Assembly: GCA_963749495.1 (NCBI GenBank)
Contig: CAVVMW010000019.1
Location: forward strand, 160,001 to 224,000
DNA: 64,000 nucleotides
DNA from: an uncultured bacterium
GTDB taxonomy: Bacteria > Verrucomicrobiota > Verrucomicrobiia > Limisphaerales > UBA8199
Reading direction: 5' to 3'
The translations under genes were made by a program, and so were the position numbers. Of the stretch, positions 31,761-42,785 are shown in pieces. Every line of letters starts with the position of its first letter. Position 1 is the first letter of the stretch. Under the pieces are notes generated by a model, which was not told the origin of the DNA, did not search any database, and saw only the letters and a program-made list of their open reading frames with translations.

Positions 31761-32192
31761 ATGAACAATCCAACCCAGCAACGACAGAGTTTACCAAGAT
31801 GGGGGGTCCTCATCATCGTCGCCAATGTACTCCTGGCGTTATGGAGCTTGGTGATAGCGTTCCCCCTCATCTCGAAGTGTATCGAGACTGAGTTTTCTGT
31901 GCCAGATGAGTTCAAGGGGATGGTAACAGGGGCGTTCGTCGGAGCAGTCCTTGCGATAGTGTCAGCGTTTGGACTCACTCAGGCCTACAAAGGAAGGCTG
32001 GGGTGGACGCTTGCAGCTGTTATTATGCTTGCTTACTTCGTCCTGTTGTCCCTGCTCGCCTTGTGCGCCCCAGGTTCCGCTAGAGCTTCAGTCAAGACCT
32101 TCTTCTATATTGAGTTCCCTGTTCGGTTTCTTTCTTGGGTAGGACTTATTGCTCTCTATGTTAAGCAGAAAAAGGCCAGAATCATGGCGTAA
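31761..32192 (+). CDS. Hypothetical 4-TM membrane protein (gene-cassette ORF)
   Basis: Four hydrophobic segments; stop TAA lies in the attC inverse core TAAC. Confidence 0.75.
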   Translation: MNNPTQQRQSLPRWGVLIIVANVLLALWSLVIAFPLISKCIETEFSVPDEFKGMVTGAFVGAVLAIVSAFGLTQAYKGRLGWTLAAVIMLAYFVLLSLLALCAPGSARASVKTFFYIEFPVRFLSWVGLIALYVKQKKARIMA

Positions 32193-32255
32193 CCAGCCGC
32201 CAGAGCAAACCACCGTTGCTGCTTTCAGTGCCGCTATCGTGGTCCAGGTCGCACA
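32187..32255 (+). other. Left arm and loop of integron attC-like site
   Basis: GCGTAAC CAGCCGC CAGAGCAAACCACCG ... GGTCGCACA. Confidence 0.7.
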
Positions 32256-32364
32256 TATCCCCAGGTTTGATATTGACGCCTGGCGTGTTCCATGTAAAAT
32301 CCCGCAAGACCCTGAGACAACGATGAGCACGACCAGGAAGCAGTTCTCCTTCAACCGGGCAGCG
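32254..32364 (+). promoter_or_regulatory. Repeated promoter/leader module, copy 2
   Basis: TTGACG-16-TAAAAT; ATG at 32323 is in frame with the downstream TPR gene. Confidence 0.7.
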
Positions 32365-32496
32365 CCAATGAGGGGACGCAGCAGACTTAGGCAGGAGTTG
32401 ATGGCCGTTTGCCACGCTGCTCGAAAGGGTATTGGCACAGGAGGCCAATCAACAATGCAGAAGGAAGACACTAAACCAGGCCCTGGAAAGGCACGA

Positions 32497-34035
32497 ATGA
32501 ACACTCGACAGATCGCTACTCTCCAGAATGCGGTTGTCTCAATCCTCCTTATTCTGGTATCAACCCTGTATTTCTTTGTTCCATCATCGGGCAGCGCCAA
32601 GGAGGGAGCAGTTCCAAATGACTCTGCGATAGGAGCAGTAGGTGTGCCAGTTGGAAGAGGCACTCTGCCTGAGAGGATAAAGCGGTATGTCAGGCAGCTT
32701 GAGTATTCCGATCAAGTGGCCGATGACTTTATCAAGCTGGTGAACGGATGGAAAAATGAGAAGAATACACCTGCCCTTCGCGCATGGCAGCAGGCCCTGG
32801 AGGAGGCAAAGCAGAAATGCGCCAAAGGCGAGATAACGCAGGCCAATCTAGCCAGGGCCGAAGAAATCGTGATCCAAGAGCTTGGTCAGAAAATACGCAA
32901 AGAATTTGCACACAATGACGAGGCATTTGAGTTGGCCAGTGCGCTCAGCACACAGCAGGCTCAATGCGTAAGTCGTTCGATGATGGTATATATTTTAGGA
33001 AACTCCCTCGGCCTGCTGGTGGAGGGGGTAGATGTTGATCTAAAAGAGCTAAAAGGCGCGCTTAGAACACGCATCGCTGACAGAGGAGATGCAATTGAGA
33101 ATCGTTGGCACGTAGCGACACTTGTGCATTTATCAAACACGACAATAGTAATTGTGGATGCCGCGCTTGGCGTTATTAGCAGACCATTCACATTTGAGGA
33201 AGAATATGGGCAGGTTGGAAATTATTGGGAACTCAAAAACAAAATGAATCCTACGCTAGTCCACGGCAGGATTAGGACTCGTAGTTTGCTCTCTTGCCTA
33301 TATTGGAATCGCGCAGAGGTCCATGTTAACCTAAATCAGTACGCCCAAGCCATCTCTGATTGCACCAAGGCCATTGAACTCGATCCGAAGGACGCACTGG
33401 CCTATTATAATCGCGGAATCGCCTATGCTGGGTTACGCCAGCACGCACAGGGCGTCCCTGATTTCACCAAGGCGATTGAACTCGATCCACAATTTGTCGT
33501 TGCTTATTATAATCGGGCCGTCTGTTATTGGACACTGAATCGACTTGATGACGCTAAAAGGGAATTTCTGCAGGCTCTCGAATTGAACCAGGACGAAAAG
33601 ATCAAAGGGCAGATAGGGGCAAATATCAAGCTGCTTGACGATGCGCTCAGCAAGCCCTTGACCCAGGTCATTAAGCTCGCGCCAAGTCAACTCAGTGTGA
33701 AGGAGGTGGAGACTTCTAGCAGTCGAACAAATATAGATGTTGTTCGACGAGACCGGCACGCCCTAAGCATCCCTGAGTTGAAGGCGGCAGCAACGGAAGG
33801 TAACCGCGAGGCACAGGGTAAGCTAGCCGAATTGTATTACACCGGTAAGGGCGGAGTATCCACAAACGTAGCAGAAGCTTACAGATGGGCGTTTATCGCA
33901 TCATCGAGTGGCGACAAACAGGCAAAGTATTTGCTCGCCCAGATTGAATTGTATATCTCACCCGACGACAAGACCGCTGGTAAGGCCTTGGTCGAATCAT
34001 ACCTCGCAGAGCAAAAACAGAAAGGCACACGGTGA
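32497..34035 (+). CDS. Membrane-anchored transglutaminase-like + TPR + Sel1-repeat protein (start may be 32323)
   Basis: TM helix; AQCVS...WHVA...IVD putative Cys-His-Asp triad; AYYNRG/KAIELDP TPRs; AQGKLAELYYTGKGG Sel1. Confidence 0.75.
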   Translation: MNTRQIATLQNAVVSILLILVSTLYFFVPSSGSAKEGAVPNDSAIGAVGVPVGRGTLPERIKRYVRQLEYSDQVADDFIKLVNGWKNEKNTPALRAWQQALEEAKQKCAKGEITQANLARAEEIVIQELGQKIRKEFAHNDEAFELASALSTQQAQCVSRSMMVYILGNSLGLLVEGVDVDLKELKGALRTRIADRGDAIENRWHVATLVHLSNTTIVIVDAALGVISRPFTFEEEYGQVGNYWELKNKMNPTLVHGRIRTRSLLSCLYWNRAEVHVNLNQYAQAISDCTKAIELDPKDALAYYNRGIAYAGLRQHAQGVPDFTKAIELDPQFVVAYYNRAVCYWTLNRLDDAKREFLQALELNQDEKIKGQIGANIKLLDDALSKPLTQVIKLAPSQLSVKEVETSSSRTNIDVVRRDRHALSIPELKAAATEGNREAQGKLAELYYTGKGGVSTNVAEAYRWAFIASSSGDKQAKYLLAQIELYISPDDKTAGKALVESYLAEQKQKGTR

Positions 34036-34239
34036 GTAGGGCATCATGCACCCATCTCCTCATAGCTAAAGTAAACAGCTAAAACCTCTGATTCCCACAG
34101 ACTGCACACCAACCCCCGCAGCCCTTCATATAAAGCTACAGGAGCCGATGTAGAAGCCAGGGAGTTGATTACAGATGGCGGCGCTCCATCTAAAAAAAGG
34201 TTAATAGCTAAACGCCCTAGTTAAACGCCCTGGCTTCTG

Positions 34240-34316
34240 CCCCCTCCAACACTTGCCACTGTATAGCCTGCCCATCAATCAAGCAGAACTGTACAGTAGC
34301 AAGTGTTGGAGGGGGA
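34240..34316. repeat. Long inverted repeat between convergent genes
   Basis: CCCCCTCCAACACTTGCCACTGTA / TACAGTAGCAAGTGTTGGAGGGGG. Confidence 0.8.
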
Positions 34317-34321
34317 GTTGA

Positions 34322-34590
34322 TCACAGGGAACGGCGCAAGTCGCGACGGGCCAGTCTTTCTCTGGTTGCACTGATTCTGTCCTTCCAGCGAGGTTTGCGA
34401 GCGATTTCGATGAGTATATCCGTTCCCATAAAGGCGGCTATGGTTTGCGCCAGCCGCTCCTCATGATACTTCATCGTCCAGTTGTTCAGGTGGCGTCTGC
34501 GTGCAAGGCTGGACAGGGGCTTGCCCTCGATTATGCAGTTGATGATGGACGGGTCACGCTTTGATGAGCCGGCCACATGAAGTAAATGAT
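34322..34590 (-). pseudogene. C-terminal fragment of a possible HTH/sigma-like protein
   Basis: RDPSIINCIIEGKPLSSLARR... resembles an HTH; no convincing start. Confidence 0.3.
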
Positions 34591-34974
34591 ATTGAAATAT
34601 GTCCAATTGACAGACCACCCTCGTCTCGCCTGCGCTGAGCGCTTCACGTCCGGTCGGCACATACGGCCGACTCTGGCACTCCCTCTGGGGTGCGCCGGCG
34701 CTCCACGGTCTTCCGGTGGTCGTCCGCCCCTGGTCCCGCGAACGACCACCGGCTACCTTCTGCCAGCCCTCCGGGTTGGCCAGGCTGGCCGGAAAGGAGG
34801 TGGGGAGGGGGGGGCACCCATTAGCGCCAGGAGCCTTCAGCGATAAACTTCTCGGCGGTGGCGCACGCGGTGGTCAATTTGGACAAGGGGGACTGGTTTG
34901 GCGTCGGTGAGCATCTGGGTCGGGCCCTTTAGCCGGGTTCATAAGTAACCGGAGGCTGCTTGCGCACTTGCTTT

Positions 34975-35163
34975 TCATCCCGGAGGGATGCCTGAGAATA
35001 GCCCAACGCTTCAGCGTTGGGTGGTGGGGCCGAGGCGGTCAAGTCCCGAAGGGACGGCCGAAATGTCGGGCTGCTCAGCCGTCCCTTCGGGACTAGAGCG
35101 TTTTTGGGCACGCCAACCCAATGCTGAAGCATTGGGCTATTCTCATGTGTCCCTCCGGGACAG
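34975..35163. repeat. REP cluster (GTCCCGAAGGGAC / GTCCCTCCGGGAC family)
   Basis: Symmetric set of hairpins; related cluster at 57131-57317. Confidence 0.85.
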
Positions 35164-35271
35164 CGATCCATGGGGACGCTTTGGCTGCGTCCGCCGACAG
35201 GAAAATCGGGATTAATTCCTGCACGGGCACTTAGCGCGACGAGCTTTCAGGGAGCAGCAGGCGATACGTCC

Positions 35272-35477
35272 TCACCCCTGCTTGCGCCGGGCCAGGTATT
35301 CGTCCAGCGGGCGATAGTGGAGCGGCCTGCGGCGGGCGCGCTTCAGCCAAGCCACGTCGTCGGCATCCTCAACCCGCTCCAGCAGCTCTTCGTAGTCCTT
35401 GATAGGGATGATGACGGAAACGGGTTTGCCCTTGCGCGTCACGATCTCGGGCTGAGTCGGCTTTCTTTGGGCGGCGC

Positions 35478-35481
<4 letters not shown>
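35272..35481 (-). CDS. Phd/YefM-like antitoxin (orphan)
   Basis: IVTRKGKPVSVIIPIKDYEELLERVEDADD. Confidence 0.75.
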
Positions 35482-36329
<848 letters not shown>

Positions 36330-36350
<21 letters not shown>

Positions 36351-38083
36351 GAGGTGCTGGCCAGCATCGCCACGCTGCTGGAGTTGAAGGGGGAGAACCC
36401 GTTCAAGACGCGGGCCTACCTGAACGGCGCGCGCGCGCTGGAGATGCTCAACGAGCCGCTGGAGAAGCTCGTGGCCGAAGAGCGCCTGGGCCAGATCAAG
36501 GGCATCGGCGAGGCGCTGCAGAAGAAGATCACCGAACTGGTGACGACCGGCCGGCTGGGTTACTACGAGGAACTCAAGGCCGCCACGCCGCCCGGATTGG
36601 TTGCGATGCTCGACATCCCCGGGCTGGGGCCAAAAAGGTCAAGGCGCTGCACGACACGCTGGGCATCCAGAGCGTCGAGGAACTGGAGCGGGCCTGCAAG
36701 GAGGGCAAGGTGGCCGCGCTCCCCGGCTTTGGCGACAGGACGCAGTCGAACATCTGCGAGGGGATCGAGCGCCGCTGGGCCTACTCCTCCAAGCACCTGC
36801 TCAGCCAGGCCCTGCCGGTGGCGGAAGAGTTGCTCGAGGCCCTGCGCAGTCATCCGGACGTGCTCCGCTGCAGCGCCGCCGGCAGCCTGCGCCGGCAGCG
36901 GGAAATCGTCGGCGACATCGACCTGCTGGCCTCGTCGAAGGCGCCCGGCCGGGTGCTGGACTTTTTCGCCGGGCAGCCCGGCGTTGCGCGCGTTATCGCC
37001 AAAGGCGACACCAAGGGGAGCGTCCTGCTGGGGGAGGGCATTCAATGCGACCTGCGGGTCGTGAGCGATGCGGAGTTTCCCTCGGCCTTGATGTATTTCA
37101 CCGGGAGCAAGGCGCACAACATCGTCCTGCGCCAGCGGGCGATTGACCGCGGCCTGCGGCTCAACGAATACGGCCTGTTCCGCTCGAAGGCCGAGACGCG
37201 CGACGCGCGCCTGCAGGCGCCCTGCAAGAGCGAGGAGGAGATTCTCGAGCAACTGGGCCTGCACTACATCCCGCCGGAGCTGCGCGAGGACATGGGCGAA
37301 GTCGCGGCGGCGGAAAAAGGGCCGCTGCCGCGGCTGGTCGAGTGGACCGACCTCAAGGGCTCGCTGCACAATCACTCGACCTGGAGCGACGGCCACCAGC
37401 GCCCCGACGAGATAGCGCGCGCCATGAGCGAACTGGGCCTGGCCTACTGGGCGATTACCGAGCATTCCAGGGCCTCGTTCCAGGCCAACGGCCTGGATGC
37501 CCCCCGGCTGCGGGAGCAACTCAAGGAAATCCGCGCGATCAACCAGCGCCTGGCCCAAGAGGGCGACCCGTTCCGCCTGCTCACCGGCGTCGAGGTGGAC
37601 ATCCTCAAGGACGGCACCCTGGACCTGCCGGACGACCTGCTGGCCGAGTTGGACGTGGTCATCGCCAGCATTCATCAGAGCTTCAGCCAGAGCGAGGCGG
37701 AGACGACCGGGCGCCTGATCCAGACGGCGCACAATCCTTACGTTCACATGCTGGGCCACGTGAGCGGCCGGCTGCTGCTCGAACGCGAGCCTTACAAGCT
37801 CAATCACCATGCGGTCATCGAGGCCTGCGCCCAGACCGGCACCTGGCTCGAACTCAACGCCCATCCCTCCCGGCTCGATATGGATTGGCGCTTCTGGCCT
37901 TACGCCAAGTCCAAAGGCGTCAAGTGCGTCATCAATTGCGACGCCCACCGCCTCGAGCACGCCGGCTTCCTCCGCCTGGGCGCCGGCATCGCCCGCAAAG
38001 GCTGGCTCGAAAAGAAGGACGTCCTCAACACACTCCCCCTCGACAAGCTGATGGTGGAATTGCGGCGAAAGCGCGCTATCTGA
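36330..38083 (+). CDS. polX: DNA polymerase/3'-5' exonuclease PolX (PHP domain), frameshifted at ~36635
   Basis: GENPFKTRAY, IPGLGPK, then AGSLRR...GDIDLL, YFTGSKAHN, HSTWSDG; A5 run one base short of frame. Confidence 0.92.
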
Positions 38084-38107
38084 GGGGGGGCAGGAAAGAA
38101 TTCTTCG

Positions 38108-38347
38108 CTGCCGCCTGAAGGCGGGCGCATCCTGACAGTGCCCCCGGAGTGCGCCCGTCCCCGGGCGCAGCAGCCGCGGAGCGGGCCAGCACGCTGGAGT
38201 GTTTGACCGCTGCCCTGGCTCCGGACGTTGCTGCGCCCGGGGACGGGCGCACTCCGGTCCGGCGCCCCGGCGGTGCGGGCAATGTCGGGATGCGCTCCCT
38301 GAAGGCGGCGTTCCGCAGCCAACCGGAACGCCGCCTTCAGGCGGCAG
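38108..38347. repeat. Nested REP elements
   Basis: GCGCATCC...GGATGCGC element (38124-38295) inside CCGCCTGAAGGCGG family, with CCTGAAGGCGG on both sides. Confidence 0.85.
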
Positions 38348-38378
38348 AATGGGCGCCCGAAGAAATCGGTCGTGCGCG

Positions 38379-40056
38379 CTATTTGAGGTCTTCTTCGAGG
38401 ACCTTTTTGATGCCGGCGAAGATGTTCTCGGCCAACTGCTGGCGGCCCGGCTGGGTGAGATGGCCCATGTTGATGAACTTCTGGTGAACGCCGTCCAGGC
38501 CGGGATGAGTATCGACCAGACAGATTTCGGGGTGTTGCCGTGCCAGGATTTCCAGGAGTCGCGAGTGGGCCTGGTTGGCCTGGATCATCCGCGCGACCAA
38601 AGGGAAGCTCGTGCCGTAGAATTCGACGACTTCCGGCGCGCTCTGCTGGTTGACGGCCAGAGAGAAATTGGCCAAGGCCAGGCGGAGGTGGTTGGTCTGG
38701 GCGATTTGAATCAACTGGCCATAGGCCCCGGCGTACTTGGATTGAGCCACGTCCGAGAGAAGCGGCCTGCGGGCGGGCCGAGTCAGATCGAGGGTCTGGC
38801 GGCGCCGGTAATAGAGGATTCTGAGGCGGTATTCGCAGTCAGCCAGCAATTTGAGGGGCCTTGGTTTATAGATTGGAGGGAAGCGTCCGATGAGGGAGGG
38901 CAGGGCTTCATCAAGCATGCGGAAGCCATTGGCCCCGTGGTAGGAGAGGAGCAGGTCGGGCTGGAGGGGCGCGAGGTCCGTCCGCCAGCGGGCAACGTTG
39001 TGAGTCAGGTCATAGGCGGGCACGCCGGCGTTGATGACCTGGAGAGGGCGCCGAGGGTGCAGCCGTTGGCGGATCAACTCCTCGAGCAGCTCAGGCCAGG
39101 GCCGGTCGTCGCGGCCCAAGGTGCATCCGAAGGTCGTGGACTCGCCCAGGGCGATAATGCGGTAAGCGCCGCCCTTTTCCGCCGGGATGTCCTTGCCGCG
39201 GAAGCCGAGGCGGTTGATGACTATCGGGCTTTGAAACAAGCGCCCTTGGCTGCCCGGCCGCAGGCGAAAGGGGACAACCCCGCCGGGGTCTGGCATGATG
39301 ACCTCTCTGGCCATCTGGTCCCACTGAGTCAAGTAGTAGTTCCACCAGCGCCGGAACGCCGCTGGGTCGCGGCGGGCGGCCTCGAAGGAATAATAGTGCC
39401 AGCCCGAACTCGGGCCGGAGGTCTATGCGGTAAGCCGGGCGGATGAACAAATCGGCGATGGGCAGTCCGACGACGATCAGGATCAGGGTGTGGATGGCCT
39501 GGGCGCCCAGGGCGTTGAGGCGGAACCACAGCCGGCTGGCGATGAGCAGCGACAGGGCCAGCGCCAAGGCGCAATAGAACGGGCCATCAACGTCCTGTTG
39601 ATAGGCGCTTGCCAGCCAGAGCAGGCTCCCGCAGAAGGCCCAGCCCATGCCGAGGATCTTGCAGTGGGTCTTGAGCGCGGGACCGCTCCGGCCCACAGCA
39701 GCCGCCAGGAGCGCCGCCGCCTCCAGCAGCGCCACGACGGCGTACCAGCCCAAGTAGTCGTCCAGGTGCACAGACTGATGATCGGCGAGCAGGAGGCTGG
39801 CCGACGCCCCCAGGCTGCATCCCCAGACCCCGAGGACCAGCCAACGCTGGACCCGGGAGCGCGCCCGTCCCGCAGCCGGCCCGGCCAGCCAGGAGGCGGC
39901 ACCAGCCCCGGCACCCAACAGTCCCAGGGCAACGATTCCCGGCGCAGGCACATTCCCCCAAACGCTTATCACGACCAGGCAGCACGTGGCGAGCAACTGG
40001 ACTGGAACCAGAAGGAGGGTCAATAGCCGGTGGCGCATCTTGGCGGTTTGCTCCAT
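38379..40056 (-). CDS. Multi-TM protein fused to SGNH/GDSL hydrolase, frameshifted at ~39404
   Basis: N-terminal TM helices; INRLGFRG, ALGESTTFG, INAGV, YHGAN. Confidence 0.8.
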
Positions 40057-41240
40057 TACTGGCTACCGGCTGCAATCGGGTACCGCCCATATTGGCGCAC
40101 GAGCTTGACGATGGAGTCGTAGGTGTGGCCGGAGACGGCGCTGGTGACGGAGTGGTCGGATTGGAAGATGTAGCCGCCGCCCCGGGCGGCGTCGAGCTTG
40201 CGGAGGACCTCGAGGCGGATGGCCTCGGGGTCGCCGGTTTCCCAGACGGTGATGTCGCTGTTGCCGCAGAAGCCGATGCGGTGTCCGTAGAGCTGGCGCA
40301 ACTGGACGACATCCAGGCCGGCCTTGGCCTCCAGGGGGTTAAGGGCCTCGATGCCCATCTCGATGAAGTCCGGGAAGATGGCCTTGACGTTGCCGCAGCC
40401 GTGATAGATGACCGGCAGGCCCGCCGCATGGGCGGACTCGGTCATCCGGGCAACCCATGGCTTGAAATACCGGCGCCAATAGGCAGGCGACATGAAGGTG
40501 CTCCTCTTATAGGCCACGTCACCCCAGATGACAAACCCGTCGAGCATCCCGCGGCCCGCCTCCAGTTCGGCCCGGGCCATCCGAAGGTAATAGGCCCCGA
40601 GGCGGGTGATGACGGCGCCCATGCGCTCGGGGTGTTCGGCCATCCAGAGCATCGCGTTGGCCTGGCCGACCAGGCGCGTGAGACACTCGCTGGCCTCGAT
40701 GATGCTGCCATAGACCGGAAAGTCCGGGCTTAGAGATTGCACGGTCATCAGCCAGGGCGGCGAGTTGCGCTCGAAGCCGTCGCCGACCCCGGCGATCTGG
40801 TTGTCGCCCGCGGTGTGGAAACGCCGGCGGTCGGCCGGGTCATCGAACTCGCAGCGTTCGAGCTTCTCGAAGGTGTCGATTTCCCAGGCGCGCATCTCCG
40901 GCATGGGAAAGTCGAAGTGCTTGTGCAGGACGGCGCCGAAGCCGGTGCGCACCACGACTTCCTGGGCGGTCTCTTTGAGCGTGGCGAAGGGGCGTATCCA
41001 GGGATCCATGTTCGGCAGCGTGACGATCCAATCCAGGTCGTAGTAATCGTAGGGATTGGCGTCGGGCGGCAGGTGCAATTCCCGGCGCCAGCGCCGCACG
41101 AAACCGCCCCAGAAGAAATCGCTGATGGGCACCCGGTCCGGCTCCTGGTGGTGGAGGGCCTGGTTCAGGCGCTGCAATTTGCGAAGGGTTTTGGCTTTGC
41201 GTAGCGGCTGCGGGGTGGATGGGATGACGGTGTCGGGCAT
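40056..41240 (-). CDS. Uroporphyrinogen decarboxylase (URO-D) family protein
   Basis: EPDRVP, WGDVAY, YHGCGN, GGGYIFQSDHSV. Confidence 0.88.
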   Translation of the reverse strand: MPDTVIPSTPQPLRKAKTLRKLQRLNQALHHQEPDRVPISDFFWGGFVRRWRRELHLPPDANPYDYYDLDWIVTLPNMDPWIRPFATLKETAQEVVVRTGFGAVLHKHFDFPMPEMRAWEIDTFEKLERCEFDDPADRRRFHTAGDNQIAGVGDGFERNSPPWLMTVQSLSPDFPVYGSIIEASECLTRLVGQANAMLWMAEHPERMGAVITRLGAYYLRMARAELEAGRGMLDGFVIWGDVAYKRSTFMSPAYWRRYFKPWVARMTESAHAAGLPVIYHGCGNVKAIFPDFIEMGIEALNPLEAKAGLDVVQLRQLYGHRIGFCGNSDITVWETGDPEAIRLEVLRKLDAARGGGYIFQSDHSVTSAVSGHTYDSIVKLVRQYGRYPIAAGSQ

Positions 41241-41336
41241 GGTGATTTGCCGGTATGACCAGTGCGCTCGTTCGCCTGAGATGAATGGCGCGGGTATCTT
41301 GACGACAAACGAGCGCCGATAGCAAGCGCGGAGTGG

Positions 41337-41411
41337 CCGGCACAAGGGGGGCGGACGAATGACGAATGACGAATGACGAATGACGAATGACGAATGACCG
41401 GCACAAGGGGG
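41337..41411. repeat. Heptamer array (GACGAAT) x6 flanked by 14-bp direct repeat
   Basis: CCGGCACAAGGGGG at 41337-41350 and 41398-41411. Confidence 0.9.
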
Positions 41412-41440
41412 ATCTGGATGGGCGATGAAAACACAGAGAC

Positions 41441-42239
41441 ATCGAGTAGAGCAGAGGCGCGAACATGATTAGGCCAATGACTTCCAATGTATCGGCCCTT
41501 TCGGGCATCGTGGCAAACGGTCATCAAGCCATCCACTTCGTTTCCTCTGCCCCCTCTAAAATTCCGTACGGTGGGTTTTCCCCAGTACCGGCTTCAAACC
41601 CGCCTGACGCCACGGCCACCTTCGCGGGTATGCTACCGCCCGCTTATAGGCCGTCACTGTCGGTATCTCCGTCCCCGGCGTTTGTTCCGTAGTCGGACTT
41701 GCGTCCAAGCGGCACCGAGAACCTCTGACCACGACCGCGGGTCCAGTGGCCCTTGGCTCCCCAACCGGTTATGCTGTCCGGTCGGCTCGTCGCTTACTAT
41801 GGCCACATGTGCGCCTCTGTTGGCCACCCAGCGGCTTATGCATTATTCCGCCAGGCTGCGGGACCAACCCGCCAGCCCCAGAGGGTCCCCAATTTACTCT
41901 GCCAGTCCTTTCACCCCATGCCGCCGCCCGTACTCCGGTGACTCCAACGATTGCCTGCGACGATGCCTTCATCGTTGGTTGTGCCTTCGCCGTTTTCGCA
42001 CCGGTTCGGCAGTCACAAATCCCACGAATCCGGAACCCGTGGGTAGCGTAACGAAGCTGCAGCTTTCGCTTTATGCTACGGCCTGGAGGTGTTGCTCGCC
42101 CTGCTCCGGCCAGGACTTTTACGACCGAGCTTTCGCGGGTCGGGTCGCCCCTTCCCGTGTCGGTTATCACTGTATGGTTCATCGTCAGTTACCATCGCCG
42201 GACTTCCACCGGCTGGACTGGCAGCCTTATGGGCTGCGA
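41441..42239 (-). ncRNA. ORF-less group II intron ribozyme
   Basis: Domain V GAAGCCGGTACTGGGGAAAACCCACCGTACGGAATTTT; domain VI GGGGCAGAGG/CCTCTGCTCT with bulged A; 3' end CTCGAT; EBS1 GCGAAG complementary to 5' exon CTTCGC. Confidence 0.88.
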
Positions 42240-42305
42240 GCGAAGGGCGCAGAGAGAGATGAAAAACCGCTTTACCCCGCAGCGAAAGAGGCTATGCTCA
42301 TGAGC

Positions 42306-42524
42306 ATGAAGAAGTTCACGGCCATCATTCACCGAGGCGAACCGGATGAGGGTGGCTTTTGGGCAACGTGCCTGGAAGTTCCCGGCGCCAACGGCCAGGG
42401 TGGCACAAGGGAGGATTGTCTTCGCAATCTCAAGGAAGCCATTCAACTCCTGTTGGAAACGGAACGCGAAGAAGCCTTCCGGCTGGATCCCAAGGCGGAG
42501 ACGGCGGAACTCGTGGTTGCATGA
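42306..42524 (+). CDS. hicB: HicB family antitoxin
   Basis: EGGFWATCLEVPGANGQGGTREDCLRNLKEAI. Confidence 0.88.
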   Translation: MKKFTAIIHRGEPDEGGFWATCLEVPGANGQGGTREDCLRNLKEAIQLLLETEREEAFRLDPKAETAELVVA

Positions 42525-42715
42525 AACGCCGGGCCTTGCTGGCCCACCTTCAGGAACATGGTTGCGTGATGATCCGGGAAGGCGCCAGCCATTCGATCTG
42601 GGCGAATCCGCAGACCGCGCGCAAAGAGGCGATTCCGCGGCACAATGAAATCAAGAGTCACTTGGCGCGCTCGATCTGCCGCAGCCTTTCGGTGCCGGCT
42701 CCAATGGGCGATTGA
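42521..42715 (+). CDS. hicA: HicA family toxin
   Basis: MKRRALLAHL...REGASHSIW...IPRHNEI; ATGA overlap with hicB. Confidence 0.88.
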   Translation: MKRRALLAHLQEHGCVMIREGASHSIWANPQTARKEAIPRHNEIKSHLARSICRSLSVPAPMGD

Positions 42716-42785
42716 GGCGACTCTCTTAAGAAGCGAGCCAGAGAAATTTATGGCCTTGCAACGCGCGCGGGATTAGCCTGCTGCC

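Larger units (their letters stand above)
29812..34600. mobile_element. Lower-GC accessory island
   Basis: Visible drop in GC and change in codon usage; gene fragments at both ends; lies between the long direct repeats; no integrase in window. Confidence 0.7.

Noticed and set aside
36625..36645. Programmed -1 frameshift in polX
   Set aside because: CAAAAAG is not a full A AAA AAG slippery heptamer; a homopolymer error is simpler given the other indels
41487..42305. 345-aa ORF as intron-encoded protein or HicB fusion
   Set aside because: Antisense to the intron and lacks RT motifs such as YADD; only the last ~72 codons are HicB
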